A stretch of 64,000 bases of DNA from Nitrospirota bacterium (GTDB lineage Bacteria; JACPQY01): contig JACPAV010000003.1 in NCBI GenBank assembly GCA_016180645.1, forward strand, positions 186,001 to 250,000. Direction: 5' to 3'. A program made the translations under genes and the position numbers. This document shows positions 18,101-25,597 of the stretch, piece by piece (the stretch's first letter is position 1; every line of letters begins with the position of its first letter). The notes beneath the pieces were generated by a model. The model was not told the origin of the DNA and ran no database searches. It saw nothing but the letters and a program-made list of their open reading frames with translations.

Positions 18101-20272
18101 GGTCGGTGGAATCCCTGTGAGTCCCGCAGGTTTCCACTCGGTGTCGCAGGTGCCGTCGGCGCTGAGGCATACTTCGCACGAGGCGAGGCTCGATCCGACT
18201 TCCGTGATCGTTGCCGAGAGGTCGAAGCCGCCGTCCACGTGGGTGGCCGTGCTCGCGTTGGATGCGGTGATCGATCCGACAAGGGGCGCGGACGCATCGA
18301 CCGCCCACGTGAAGGACGCAGGGAAGGGGTCCACGTTGGACGCCACATCCTTCGCACGGACATAAAAAAGGTGGGAACCGTTCGTCAGCGACGAGCTCGT
18401 GAACGGACTCGCGCAGACACCATACGCGCCCTCGTCCAATTTGCATTCGAATGCCGCGCCCGGTTCGGTGGTGTTGAATGAGAACGTCGCCGCATCCTTG
18501 GCGGAAAGACAGGTGCTTTGCCCGGCCGAGCAGGGAGTAGCCGTAATGACCGTATCCGGCGGGGTCTTGTCGTTCACGATGAAGTAGACCGGGCTGAGGT
18601 TGCCGGCTGGGTCGAAAACACCGATGAATATTTGATCGTTCTGGTCACCTTTGTTATCGCCCACTTTCACCGCGGCGAACGCACCGTCCGAGGCGGCGGT
18701 GACCGATCCCAGAAGCGTAGAGAGCAGTCCATCGGCATAGAATTTGACCATCGCGCTCGCTTCCACGCAGCCGGCCTTGCCTTCAATCGAATCGTCGGAC
18801 CCCGGCGGATTCATCTTGACCGTCAGTTTGTCCGGTCGCGGCGGAAACGGCGGAGTCGTGTCCAAGGTCACCGTTTGACCTTCGGGCGCGACGGACACCG
18901 CGGTCGTCGCACGGTCGCTCATCACGCCATCGGTGACCGTCACCTCGATGATGAACACGCCCTTGGATGCGGGAGCCGTCCAGTTCACCTCCGCACTCCA
19001 CGTCGAGTCAAAAGACCCGCCGCTCGATTTCCACTTGAGATACAGCTTGTCACTGTCCGCATCCGAGACGCCGGCCTTGAAGGCGACGGTCGCCCCCGGC
19101 GAAACGGAATTGGGCCCATCGATCGAAACGCTCGGGGCGGCACCGGCTTTGATGCCGGTCTCGGCCGACGAAAGCACCTGCGCGCTGGGCGCCAGGCGGA
19201 TCTCGACCTGATCGAAGAGACTTTCCGTAATATCGACAAACGCCGAATTCTCCGAGAATCCCGGCCGGACGGCGCCAACGAGATAGACGCCCGGTGCGAT
19301 GTTCGAGATGATGAAATTGCCGGCCGAGTCCGTCTGCACCCGCCGCGTATCCGGCACCGTGCTCACGGTTACATCCCTCACGCCCCCGCCCCCGGAAGCC
19401 GTCACCCGGCCGAAAATGCTCGCCGCCGTCGCCTTGTCCTGCGCGGCCCGCTTCAATTCAACCGCCGAAAGTTGTGTCGTTTGCTTGGACTCCACCGCCA
19501 CGTCCTTCCACCGGAACGGCTCGAAACCGGGGAACATGGCTGCAAGTTTGTAGACGCCTTTTGGAACATAGATGATATTGAAGTTGCCATCGTCATCCGT
19601 CTTGGCAACGAAGTTGGTTCCGGGAATGAACACGTCGATGCCCAACTGGCTCGTGGCATCCGTCCTCTTCACCTGCCCCCTGATCGCACCGGTCTCGGCC
19701 AAAGAGAGCGATCCCAGGTCGATCTCCGTGCCGGGCGTTACCGCGGCGCTCTGCGAAAAAGCATAAACCTCTCCGGACTCGCCCTGCTTGTCACCCACGA
19801 TCATGTGGTTCCCAGGCGGTACGAACGGAATGACAAACTCGCCTCTCTCGTTCGAAATCGTTTCGAGGGAGGTGCCCTCAATGCGAACGCGCGCCCCGGA
19901 CACGGGTTGCTCACCCTCCGCCTGCCGACGTGGTTCGACAAGCCTGCCCTGAGCCTGCCGGAGTGCGATCCCGCGCACGCCTCCGCGAACGCCGCCCCTC
20001 ACCCCCTGCTCCGCCCCACCCAAGTCGATCCCCCGCACGCCCGATGCCGTGGCCACTCCCCGCACCGCGCCCGTGTCTTTCGCCGCTGTCGCGGGATCGA
20101 ACGCCACGCCGGTCACCGCCTCCTGAACCGCCTGCGCTTTGGCCTCGCTGGTCGCCGATCCCCCGGACCCCGCGGGTCCAGATTCGGACTTCTTGCCTCC
20201 GCAGCCAATGGGAATGGATAAAAGAAACAAAACAGCGAAAACTTTTCCAGCCAGACGGGTGACATCCTTCAT
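15119..20272 (-). CDS. giant surface lipoprotein, paralog B (same stalk plus NHL-repeat beta-propellers)
   Basis: ATG 20272 with GGGAGGGAG RBS; lipobox IGC; GVRG repeats; Ig-like domains; many P.GVA.D...LFVAD..N.RVL.F...VLGQ NHL repeats. Confidence 0.88.
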   Translation of the reverse strand: MKDVTRLAGKVFAVLFLLSIPIGCGGKKSESGPAGSGGSATSEAKAQAVQEAVTGVAFDPATAAKDTGAVRGVATASGVRGIDLGGAEQGVRGGVRGGVRGIALRQAQGRLVEPRRQAEGEQPVSGARVRIEGTSLETISNERGEFVIPFVPPGNHMIVGDKQGESGEVYAFSQSAAVTPGTEIDLGSLSLAETGAIRGQVKRTDATSQLGIDVFIPGTNFVAKTDDDGNFNIIYVPKGVYKLAAMFPGFEPFRWKDVAVESKQTTQLSAVELKRAAQDKATAASIFGRVTASGGGGVRDVTVSTVPDTRRVQTDSAGNFIISNIAPGVYLVGAVRPGFSENSAFVDITESLFDQVEIRLAPSAQVLSSAETGIKAGAAPSVSIDGPNSVSPGATVAFKAGVSDADSDKLYLKWKSSGGSFDSTWSAEVNWTAPASKGVFIIEVTVTDGVMSDRATTAVSVAPEGQTVTLDTTPPFPPRPDKLTVKMNPPGSDDSIEGKAGCVEASAMVKFYADGLLSTLLGSVTAASDGAFAAVKVGDNKGDQNDQIFIGVFDPAGNLSPVYFIVNDKTPPDTVITATPCSAGQSTCLSAKDAATFSFNTTEPGAAFECKLDEGAYGVCASPFTSSSLTNGSHLFYVRAKDVASNVDPFPASFTWAVDASAPLVGSITASNASTATHVDGGFDLSATITEVGSSLASCEVCLSADGTCDTEWKPAGLTGIPPTYTCTATALTCTDAQNLTLNLRAIDQAQNVAIGTALSRKCDTLAPATTSDAPASWVNTDVTVTLTKTDAGSGTTGGSATTLFCKDPSDICTPDTGGTSATVTCAAGTVCQQYVRYFSRDAVGNQENAKSALVRIDKQAPSSSISSPVGGALFPVAGPTVNLTGTAADGSGSGIQKVDTSSNGGAAYSSATGTTSWSASFTATKINHNVRSRATDAAGNVETPSAGITVWLMEMFEADGAGHLDGSGNMVYTRGGINDPDGTGLNPTDGGDHSVGIAVDTVGNRLFVADMMYHRVLVFTLTDAPSNETLADRIADFVLGQADLYSTESATTSSRMNRPRGVAYNGDGATKYLYVSDSGNHRILIFDVTSITNGEAAIKVLGQVNFITGSANTENAGAGCGDGVGTSVTACGLNMPVGLAYSGNILYAADKTNNRILLYDVTAISDGEAATKVIGQADLTSNTDSCTQSGFSFGTRSVALDTAGSRLFASDNYRTLVFALPIGGPPGPNAANVLGAANFTTCGCPGAGQSAATCGVQGGAYVATAPKQFFQASSNAHRVLVFDVDAIVDAEAATAVLGQANYTDSAASVGTNRMSTPAGLVGDAGSGKLWVVDAGNKRVMVYAAFTTGSNASDLLGHFDASGAIYTANEAGNPRASAFESPNDVALDLTNGRLFASDSSNNRILVFNLNANRLLTDRTADFVLGQGNFSETASGATATTLNNPKGIDYDATNNRLYVADTNNNRVLMYDVASITNGEPAAKVLGQPDMTTVSSGTTQSKMYQPEDVAVRGGTLYTVEGGAGAGVGNNRVLTFNVGGVITDGQAAVNVLGQTNFNNNTNQCSRSRFHDAKRLALNGSGSLLFVADATNNRVVVYDVSTVVDGEEAANVLGQGSFGTCASGLSAGQMNQPNGLAYDTDNNWLFVADRGNNRTLLFDVSSLADGLSAKTEIGQADLISSTAKTDTGGQTSPTGAAFDAARDRLWVVDSGNHRILAYNIP

Positions 20273-20326
20273 GACTCCCTCCCTTCGCCTTGGCATAGCC
20301 TCACCCCAAGATGCATCTCGTAGAGA

Positions 20327-20369
20327 AGCCTAGCAAAATGCCGCTTCGTTGTCTGTATCGCAGATCACC
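20327..20369 (-). promoter_or_regulatory. degenerate CRP/FNR-family class II-type promoter of paralog B
   Basis: GGTGA-TCTGCG-ATACA (20354-20369), 21 nt starting GAC, then TGC-TAGGCT (hexamer 20327-20332); same geometry as paralogs A and C. Confidence 0.6.
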
Positions 20370-20428
20370 AGCCGAGAGGGTCGGATCCGACGACCCCTCC
20401 GGCGTGTGGGGATTGGACCGGTGCGAGG

Positions 20429-21949
20429 TTACCCCCCCAGGCGGGTGAACTGGTTGGCGATGTACTCGGCGTTGCGCGTGGCAAACGCCATGATGGTGAT
20501 CTGAGGGTTGACTCCCAGTGAGGTTGGGAAAATGCTCCCGTCGCAGATGAACACGTTCTTCATCTCGTGGACGCGACCATAGGGATCGACAACCGATTCG
20601 CGCGGATTCGATCCCATCCGGCACGTTCCCAACGGATGAAACGCGCTCATCTCCAGGTGGCCTCGCTTCACTTTCATCGCTTCCAGTTTCTTGAGATCGT
20701 CCATGGACTTGAGCACGGGCATGCCGTGGAGCGTCGTGTAGACCTCCTTCGCCCCGGCCGCAAAGAAGATGCGCGACATCTCGACGACTCCCTTCATGAG
20801 TCGGTCCGCGTCGTAACGGTTGATTTGATACCAGACGACCGGTCTCCCCCAGATGTTGTACACCGTCCCCTTCGAAGTATCCGAGACCATCACGCCGAAG
20901 GCCGCCACGTTCTTGATCTGGGCCAGCAGGTCCGCGTATTTCCGTCCTATGAACGGCAAGGATGACGACATGAGCGAAGGTGGACCGTGCGCCCCCTCCA
21001 TCATGATCCCCAGGTCCTTGAACTGGTCCACGTAGTAGCTCTGGGGCACGCCATGCCAGCCGTAGATTTCCTCGTCGAATAGGGCCTGCACCCGCACGGC
21101 GGGATGGATCGTGAGGTTCTTCCCAACCTGTCCGCTCGAATTGAAGAGCCGGTTCTTCTTGAGAAAGAACGGAGTCATGATCGTTCCGCCCGCCACGATG
21201 AAGATCCGGGCCCTCACTTCAAAACGATGGGTGGGCTTGTGCGTTTCCGGATCGATGACATTCCCTTCTACGGCCGCCACGCGCCCTTCCGCGGTGCGCA
21301 GCCGCTCTGCCCGGCAATTCGCATAGACTTTCATGCCCATGACTACGCCGGCCGGGATGTAGGTGAGATGCAGGGCCATCTTCGCATCCGAAGGACAGCC
21401 AAAGCAGCAGACGCCGCATCCCCGACAATTCTCGTTCACGTTGCGCTTCAGAATGCCGTGGCTGTACCCGAGCTGCGCGGCGCCGCGACGGACCACCCGG
21501 GAATTGCGCCCGATCAGTTCCTCTTTCACGGTCGAGACGTTCTGTATCTTTTCGACCTTGGTGAAGAAGCGATCCATGGCCCGCGGCGAAACTTCGGAGA
21601 TCTTGAGATTGCGCTCCCAATGTTCGAGTACCTTGTCCGGCGTTCGAAAGCACGTTCCGGAGTTGATCGTCGTCGTCCCGCCCACGGTCCGCCCGAGAGG
21701 AAGAAGCACGGGAGGGATCCCGATCGTGGCCATCCCGCCGCCGTCACGATACATGAGCCGCGTCATGTCGAACGGCTCACGGTTGAACTGCTCGCGGGTG
21801 AAATGCCCCCCCTCTTCCAGGACGATCACGTCCCGTCCGGCCTCCCGCAGTTCCTTGCCGATCACCGCGCCGCCTGCTCCCGAGCCGATGACGCAGATCT
21901 CCGTCTCAAGCCTGAGGTCCCGTGTGATGTCGCGCCCCGTGACAATCAT
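20429..21949 (-). CDS. GMC family FAD oxidoreductase (long-chain alcohol oxidase-like)
   Basis: VIGSGAGG, GRTVGGTTTINSG, CRGCGVCCFGC, HPLGTCRMG, DGSIFPTSLGVNPQITI. ATG 21949 overlaps the upstream stop (ATGA). Confidence 0.92.
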   Translation of the reverse strand: MIVTGRDITRDLRLETEICVIGSGAGGAVIGKELREAGRDVIVLEEGGHFTREQFNREPFDMTRLMYRDGGGMATIGIPPVLLPLGRTVGGTTTINSGTCFRTPDKVLEHWERNLKISEVSPRAMDRFFTKVEKIQNVSTVKEELIGRNSRVVRRGAAQLGYSHGILKRNVNENCRGCGVCCFGCPSDAKMALHLTYIPAGVVMGMKVYANCRAERLRTAEGRVAAVEGNVIDPETHKPTHRFEVRARIFIVAGGTIMTPFFLKKNRLFNSSGQVGKNLTIHPAVRVQALFDEEIYGWHGVPQSYYVDQFKDLGIMMEGAHGPPSLMSSSLPFIGRKYADLLAQIKNVAAFGVMVSDTSKGTVYNIWGRPVVWYQINRYDADRLMKGVVEMSRIFFAAGAKEVYTTLHGMPVLKSMDDLKKLEAMKVKRGHLEMSAFHPLGTCRMGSNPRESVVDPYGRVHEMKNVFICDGSIFPTSLGVNPQITIMAFATRNAEYIANQFTRLGG

Positions 21950-22434
21950 CTTGAGCCGGGTTCCTCGTTCCTGGTTCCTGATTCCTGGGCTGAAAGCTGA
22001 CCGCTGAGAGCTGATGGCTGCGCCTCGCCCAAGCACATCCGGTCGTACCCAAGCTCCCGCTCGACTTCGTCCATGCTGCAAAAACACATCCCGACCACGG
22101 CCTTGAGCATGAGAAGATAGAGGCGCCGTCCCAGCCACCGGCTGGATTCCCATGAGGAAAGGAAGGCCTCCCGGTCATCCAGGCTCATCCGTGTAAACCT
22201 GGAAAGTCGGAGCGAGAATAAGAACGGCGAGACCTCAATCAGGCGGAGGAGCGACCTCAGACCGGCCCGCTGTTCCGAAGGCATGCTGGAGAGCAATTCC
22301 TCGAATTTCGCGAGCCAGGGTTCACGAATATCCGCCACGGATATCTTCAATCGCTCCCCCTTGGGAATCGCCGCCTCGGCGAAAGCGATGATCAATCGCC
22401 GCTCGAAAGGGGAGAGGAGATCACGTCCGCTCAT
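21946..22434 (-). CDS. small partner protein of the GMC oxidoreductase (gluconate-2-dehydrogenase subunit-3-like)
   Basis: AFAEAAIP...RFTRMSLDDREAFL..W...LGY pattern; translationally coupled to the GMC gene; C-terminal tail encoded by heptamer repeats. Confidence 0.7.
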   Translation of the reverse strand: MSGRDLLSPFERRLIIAFAEAAIPKGERLKISVADIREPWLAKFEELLSSMPSEQRAGLRSLLRLIEVSPFLFSLRLSRFTRMSLDDREAFLSSWESSRWLGRRLYLLMLKAVVGMCFCSMDEVERELGYDRMCLGEAQPSALSGQLSAQESGTRNEEPGSR

Positions 22435-22522
22435 AGGTTCTTCAGGGAGTCGACTCGGAACATGCGCCCCGTTTACCGTGCGGCACGCAGGGAGTCAAAC
22501 CGGGAGGGATCGATCCCGCTGC

Positions 22523-23008
22523 CTACTCTCCCGCCGCCTTCGGTTTCGCCTCGAGCTTCTCGTTCAGTTCCTTCACCTGAAGGTTGACGGCACGCAGTCG
22601 ATCGGACAGGACCCGCGCGAAGCTCTTGAAGAGCTTGATTACGAGGGCGGGATCGGCGATGGCCAGCGTTTCTTCGTCCAGAGCCATCAACGTCGAATCG
22701 GCGCGCGCCGAGGCCTGCGCCGATCGCGGGAGGCCATCAATCAGAGCCATCTCCCCAAAATAGCTCCCGGCAGGAAGGGTCGCCAGGATTTGGTCCGCCC
22801 CGCCCGGCGTCCTCCGATGAATTCGCACCTCCCCCGACAGAATCAAAAACATGCAGTGTCCGGGATCTTTCTCGCGGAAAATGACCTGGTTTTGCTGGTA
22901 CGGCTGAATCTTCGCGTGTTTGAGCAGCTGGAGAATTTCCGCATCGGTGAAATCGCGGAAAAGGGGAACGTTTTTCTTGAGCTTGAGGACGAGTTCTTCG
23001 GCGCCCAA
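22523..23008 (-). CDS. stand-alone cyclic-nucleotide-binding domain protein (no HTH)
   Basis: LKKNVPLF, IFREKDPG, MFLILSGEV, YFGEMALIDGLPRSAQASA. Confidence 0.9.
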   Translation of the reverse strand: MGAEELVLKLKKNVPLFRDFTDAEILQLLKHAKIQPYQQNQVIFREKDPGHCMFLILSGEVRIHRRTPGGADQILATLPAGSYFGEMALIDGLPRSAQASARADSTLMALDEETLAIADPALVIKLFKSFARVLSDRLRAVNLQVKELNEKLEAKPKAAGE

Positions 23009-23023
23009 GGAAGCGCAGTCGCG

Positions 23024-23656
23024 TCAGGCCGCGGTCGGTGGTACGGAAATGGCGATCTTCTTTTGAAGCTCGTCGACGGAAATATTCAGGTATTGGGCCG
23101 CGGCTTCGGCGCTGCCGTACAGGTCAACGTACATCTTCAAGATATCCGCCGGAGCCATCCTCTGTTCATCGCCGCCGGCGCCCTCGAACACGCCGCGCCA
23201 CAGATTCTCCAGCATCACTTTCGTTTCCTTCGAGAGCGGGATCGGCTTCCGGCCTTTTTCCCGCCGAATGATCTTCACGTTCTGAAGATCGGGGTCCTGC
23301 TTCAGCGCCTCCTCAAGACTGCCAAAATACTGGATCGTCTTCTTGTAGAGATACGACCCCGCTTTGTAGATCTCCATGATTTCCACCGATTCCCGCGTGC
23401 CGATGAATTCCTTCAGATGCTTGAGGATGGATTCCTTCGTCCACTTGTACGGTCCTTTCTGGCGGCCCCCGCCCTTCATCCGAACCTCGATGCCAAGTTT
23501 TACAAAGGCGCGGCGCAGACTCCCGTATCGTTTCTTGATTTCATCGAAGAGGGCAGGATCCAAACGGCGGATCTCGCGCCAGTGCATCCCCTGGGCTTTC
23601 TCCGCAAGAGCCTGTACCTTCTGCTTGAATTCAGCCTTGGTTGAGAGATCTACCAT
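23024..23656 (-). CDS. putative DNA-binding protein with homing-endonuclease-associated-type helical repeats
   Basis: Repeats LFDEIKKRYGSLRRA, KWTKESIL...LYKKTIQYFGSLEEAL and YVDLYGSAEAAAQYLNIS; basic; ATG 23656 (track start TTG 23665). Confidence 0.6.
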   Translation of the reverse strand: MVDLSTKAEFKQKVQALAEKAQGMHWREIRRLDPALFDEIKKRYGSLRRAFVKLGIEVRMKGGGRQKGPYKWTKESILKHLKEFIGTRESVEIMEIYKAGSYLYKKTIQYFGSLEEALKQDPDLQNVKIIRREKGRKPIPLSKETKVMLENLWRGVFEGAGGDEQRMAPADILKMYVDLYGSAEAAAQYLNISVDELQKKIAISVPPTAA

Positions 23657-23689
23657 GGCCGGCAATGCTAGCTCTTTTCAAAAGAAATG

Positions 23690-24235
23690 TCACCCCCCCT
23701 CAAGTTCCAACAATCGTCTCTTAATATCAAGCCCACAGGAGAACCCTCCCAAGCCATTTGCGGGGGTCAGGAGAGACGCCCGCACTTGCCACGTCTCGAT
23801 GCGGCCCGGATGGCCGCGTGAGAAAGCAAGTGATGCGACCACCCGGTGACACGGCAGAAGAATCGGAAGGGGATTTGCGCCCAACGCTCTCCCCACGGCC
23901 CTGGACGCATTCGGCTTGCCGATTCTCGATGCGATCCACCCGTAGGTCCGCACCTCGCCGCGCGGCATGGATTTCAGTACGCGGTAGACCCTCCGCTGAA
24001 ACGAGCTCGCCCCTGAAAGATCAAGATCGAGCGATCCGAAATCGACATGCCGGCCTCGAAAATACCGGTTGAGCAGATCCACCGTCTTGCGGAGGAGCGC
24101 GGACCCCTCCGCCGTTCCACCACAAGGACTTCCGTGTCGACTCGTTTTCAGAAATTCCACCCGCCGGATACCCTTGGGCCCCGCTTGCACTCGAAGGGCG
24201 GGAAATCCCACGGTTCGGAGAATGGTTTCGTTCAC
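23690..24235 (-). CDS. ogt: methylated-DNA--protein-cysteine methyltransferase
   Basis: FQRRV...PRGEVRTYG.IA...SRAVGRALGANP...PCHRV active site; 24-aa insertion after the motif; probable GTG start at 24235. Confidence 0.9.
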   Translation of the reverse strand: MNETILRTVGFPALRVQAGPKGIRRVEFLKTSRHGSPCGGTAEGSALLRKTVDLLNRYFRGRHVDFGSLDLDLSGASSFQRRVYRVLKSMPRGEVRTYGWIASRIGKPNASRAVGRALGANPLPILLPCHRVVASLAFSRGHPGRIETWQVRASLLTPANGLGGFSCGLDIKRRLLELEGG

Positions 24236-24248
24236 GCCGTGCAAATGA

Positions 24249-25025
24249 CTATCTTCCCGGTGATGTCGGAAAACGCTCAAGAATGTCCTCCCAAGTCACC
24301 TCCGAGAGCGACCGGACGATCCAATCGGCCTTGTGCAACCGTGCCGGAGCATAACTGTTGGTCACGGCTAGGGACCGCATCCCGGCTTTGCGCGCCGATT
24401 CCAACCCCGGGGGAGAATCCTCCACCACCAAGCATTCGTGGGAGTGTATCTTCTTCGCCGTCATCCGATTCAACCGATCGAGAGCTTTCCGGTAACCCTC
24501 CGGATGCGGTTTCCCGCGGGCTACATCGTCCGATGCGACGATCGCCCGAAAGTGACCGTTCAGCCCTGCGCTGCGCAGAATGTGTTTCACCTCGCTCTTC
24601 AGAGCCCCCGAATAGACGGCCAGTGGCACATGACCCGCGGCGACCCGCACGAACCGGCGCACGCCGGGATAGATCTTCAGCCGGCCGTTCGCCAGGAATC
24701 CTCCATAGTGACGGGCTTTTTCCCGCGCGCACTTCAGAATTGCATCGCGGCTCCAGCCGAGCCCATGGTGGACACTGAACGCCGTGAAACATTCCCGATC
24801 ATTCAGCGCGAGGTAGCGGCGGTCGTACTCCTCCCGCGTCATGGAGTAGCCGCGGATTTTCAATACGCGGTTGAACATGGCGTAGTGCGCCGGCTCCGTG
24901 TCCGCAATCACCCCGTCGCAATCGAAAATAAGGGCTCGAATCACCCCACCACCTGAAACCGGCCCGGGGGGCCGAGATTTTCTCGGCCCCGCCGTGCGGC
25001 GGGGCGTTTCGGGTGGTGGGGTCAT
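24249..25025 (-). CDS. HAD-superfamily phosphatase (beta-phosphoglucomutase-like)
   Basis: IFDCDGVIADTE, KPHPEGY, VVEDSPPG. The start is either ATG 25025 or GTG 24944. Confidence 0.9.
   Translation of the reverse strand: MTPPPETPRRTAGPRKSRPPGPVSGGGVIRALIFDCDGVIADTEPAHYAMFNRVLKIRGYSMTREEYDRRYLALNDRECFTAFSVHHGLGWSRDAILKCAREKARHYGGFLANGRLKIYPGVRRFVRVAAGHVPLAVYSGALKSEVKHILRSAGLNGHFRAIVASDDVARGKPHPEGYRKALDRLNRMTAKKIHSHECLVVEDSPPGLESARKAGMRSLAVTNSYAPARLHKADWIVRSLSEVTWEDILERFPTSPGR
24943..25022. repeat. nested palindromic element at the 5' end of the HAD gene
   Basis: Outer arms ACCCCACCACCYGAAAC / GTTTCGGGTGGTGGGGT enclose the hairpins GGGGCCGAGA-ttt-TCTCGGCCCC and CCCCGCCG-tg-CGGCGGGG. Confidence 0.75.
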
Positions 25026-25060
25026 GGTCGAGCGGGTATCCTTGACCTGTCGGATGAAAG

Positions 25061-25597
25061 ATGCAACCGTTAACGAGGATGAAGACTCTGCTCAAGCTCC
25101 TCCTCATTCCGATCCTCCCCATCGCGGGAATTACCGCATGGATCTTTACCTCTCCCACGGCGGAGCGTTCGGGTGTGCGGCTTCTCGCCTCGGAAGGATT
25201 CAAAGCCGCCACGGCCGGGGACCTGAAGACCGCCGGCCGGTTCCTCAACACCGCCTGGCGGTTCGCACCGTTCCGTGAGAAGCGCAAGCCTCGAATCGTT
25301 CCCGTGGCCCAGCCCACCGCACTGCCGGCGTTGCGGGATCTCTTGTCCGGTAGAGCCCCCGCGGAGGAAAAAGCAGCTCCGTCGGAATCCGCTCTCGAAC
25401 AGCGCGCCGCGGAGATCAAGAGCGGACAGAACAGGGCGTTGGCCGAGGGAAACTACATCTGGAGCCAGCACTGGCTGATGGCGGGCGACAGGCAGCGCGC
25501 CGCACAGCTCATCGACGAAGGGCTCCGTCTGGACCCCGAAAATGCGAATCTCCAGCAGGCCCTTGCGGAACTCGACGCCCTCCTCGGCAGGAAGTAG
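25061..25597 (+). CDS. membrane-anchored TPR-like protein
   Basis: N-terminal hydrophobic anchor; AAQLIDEGLRLDPENANL TPR-like motif. Confidence 0.7.
   Translation: MQPLTRMKTLLKLLLIPILPIAGITAWIFTSPTAERSGVRLLASEGFKAATAGDLKTAGRFLNTAWRFAPFREKRKPRIVPVAQPTALPALRDLLSGRAPAEEKAAPSESALEQRAAEIKSGQNRALAEGNYIWSQHWLMAGDRQRAAQLIDEGLRLDPENANLQQALAELDALLGRK

Noticed and set aside
21950-22153. ORF-track N-terminal extensions (GMC to 22153, paralog A to 15005, GT2 from 50458, ogt to 24280, nuoM to 60152)
   Set aside because: They overlap neighbouring genes, promoters or repeats. Downstream starts have an RBS or ATGA coupling, or match family N-termini.
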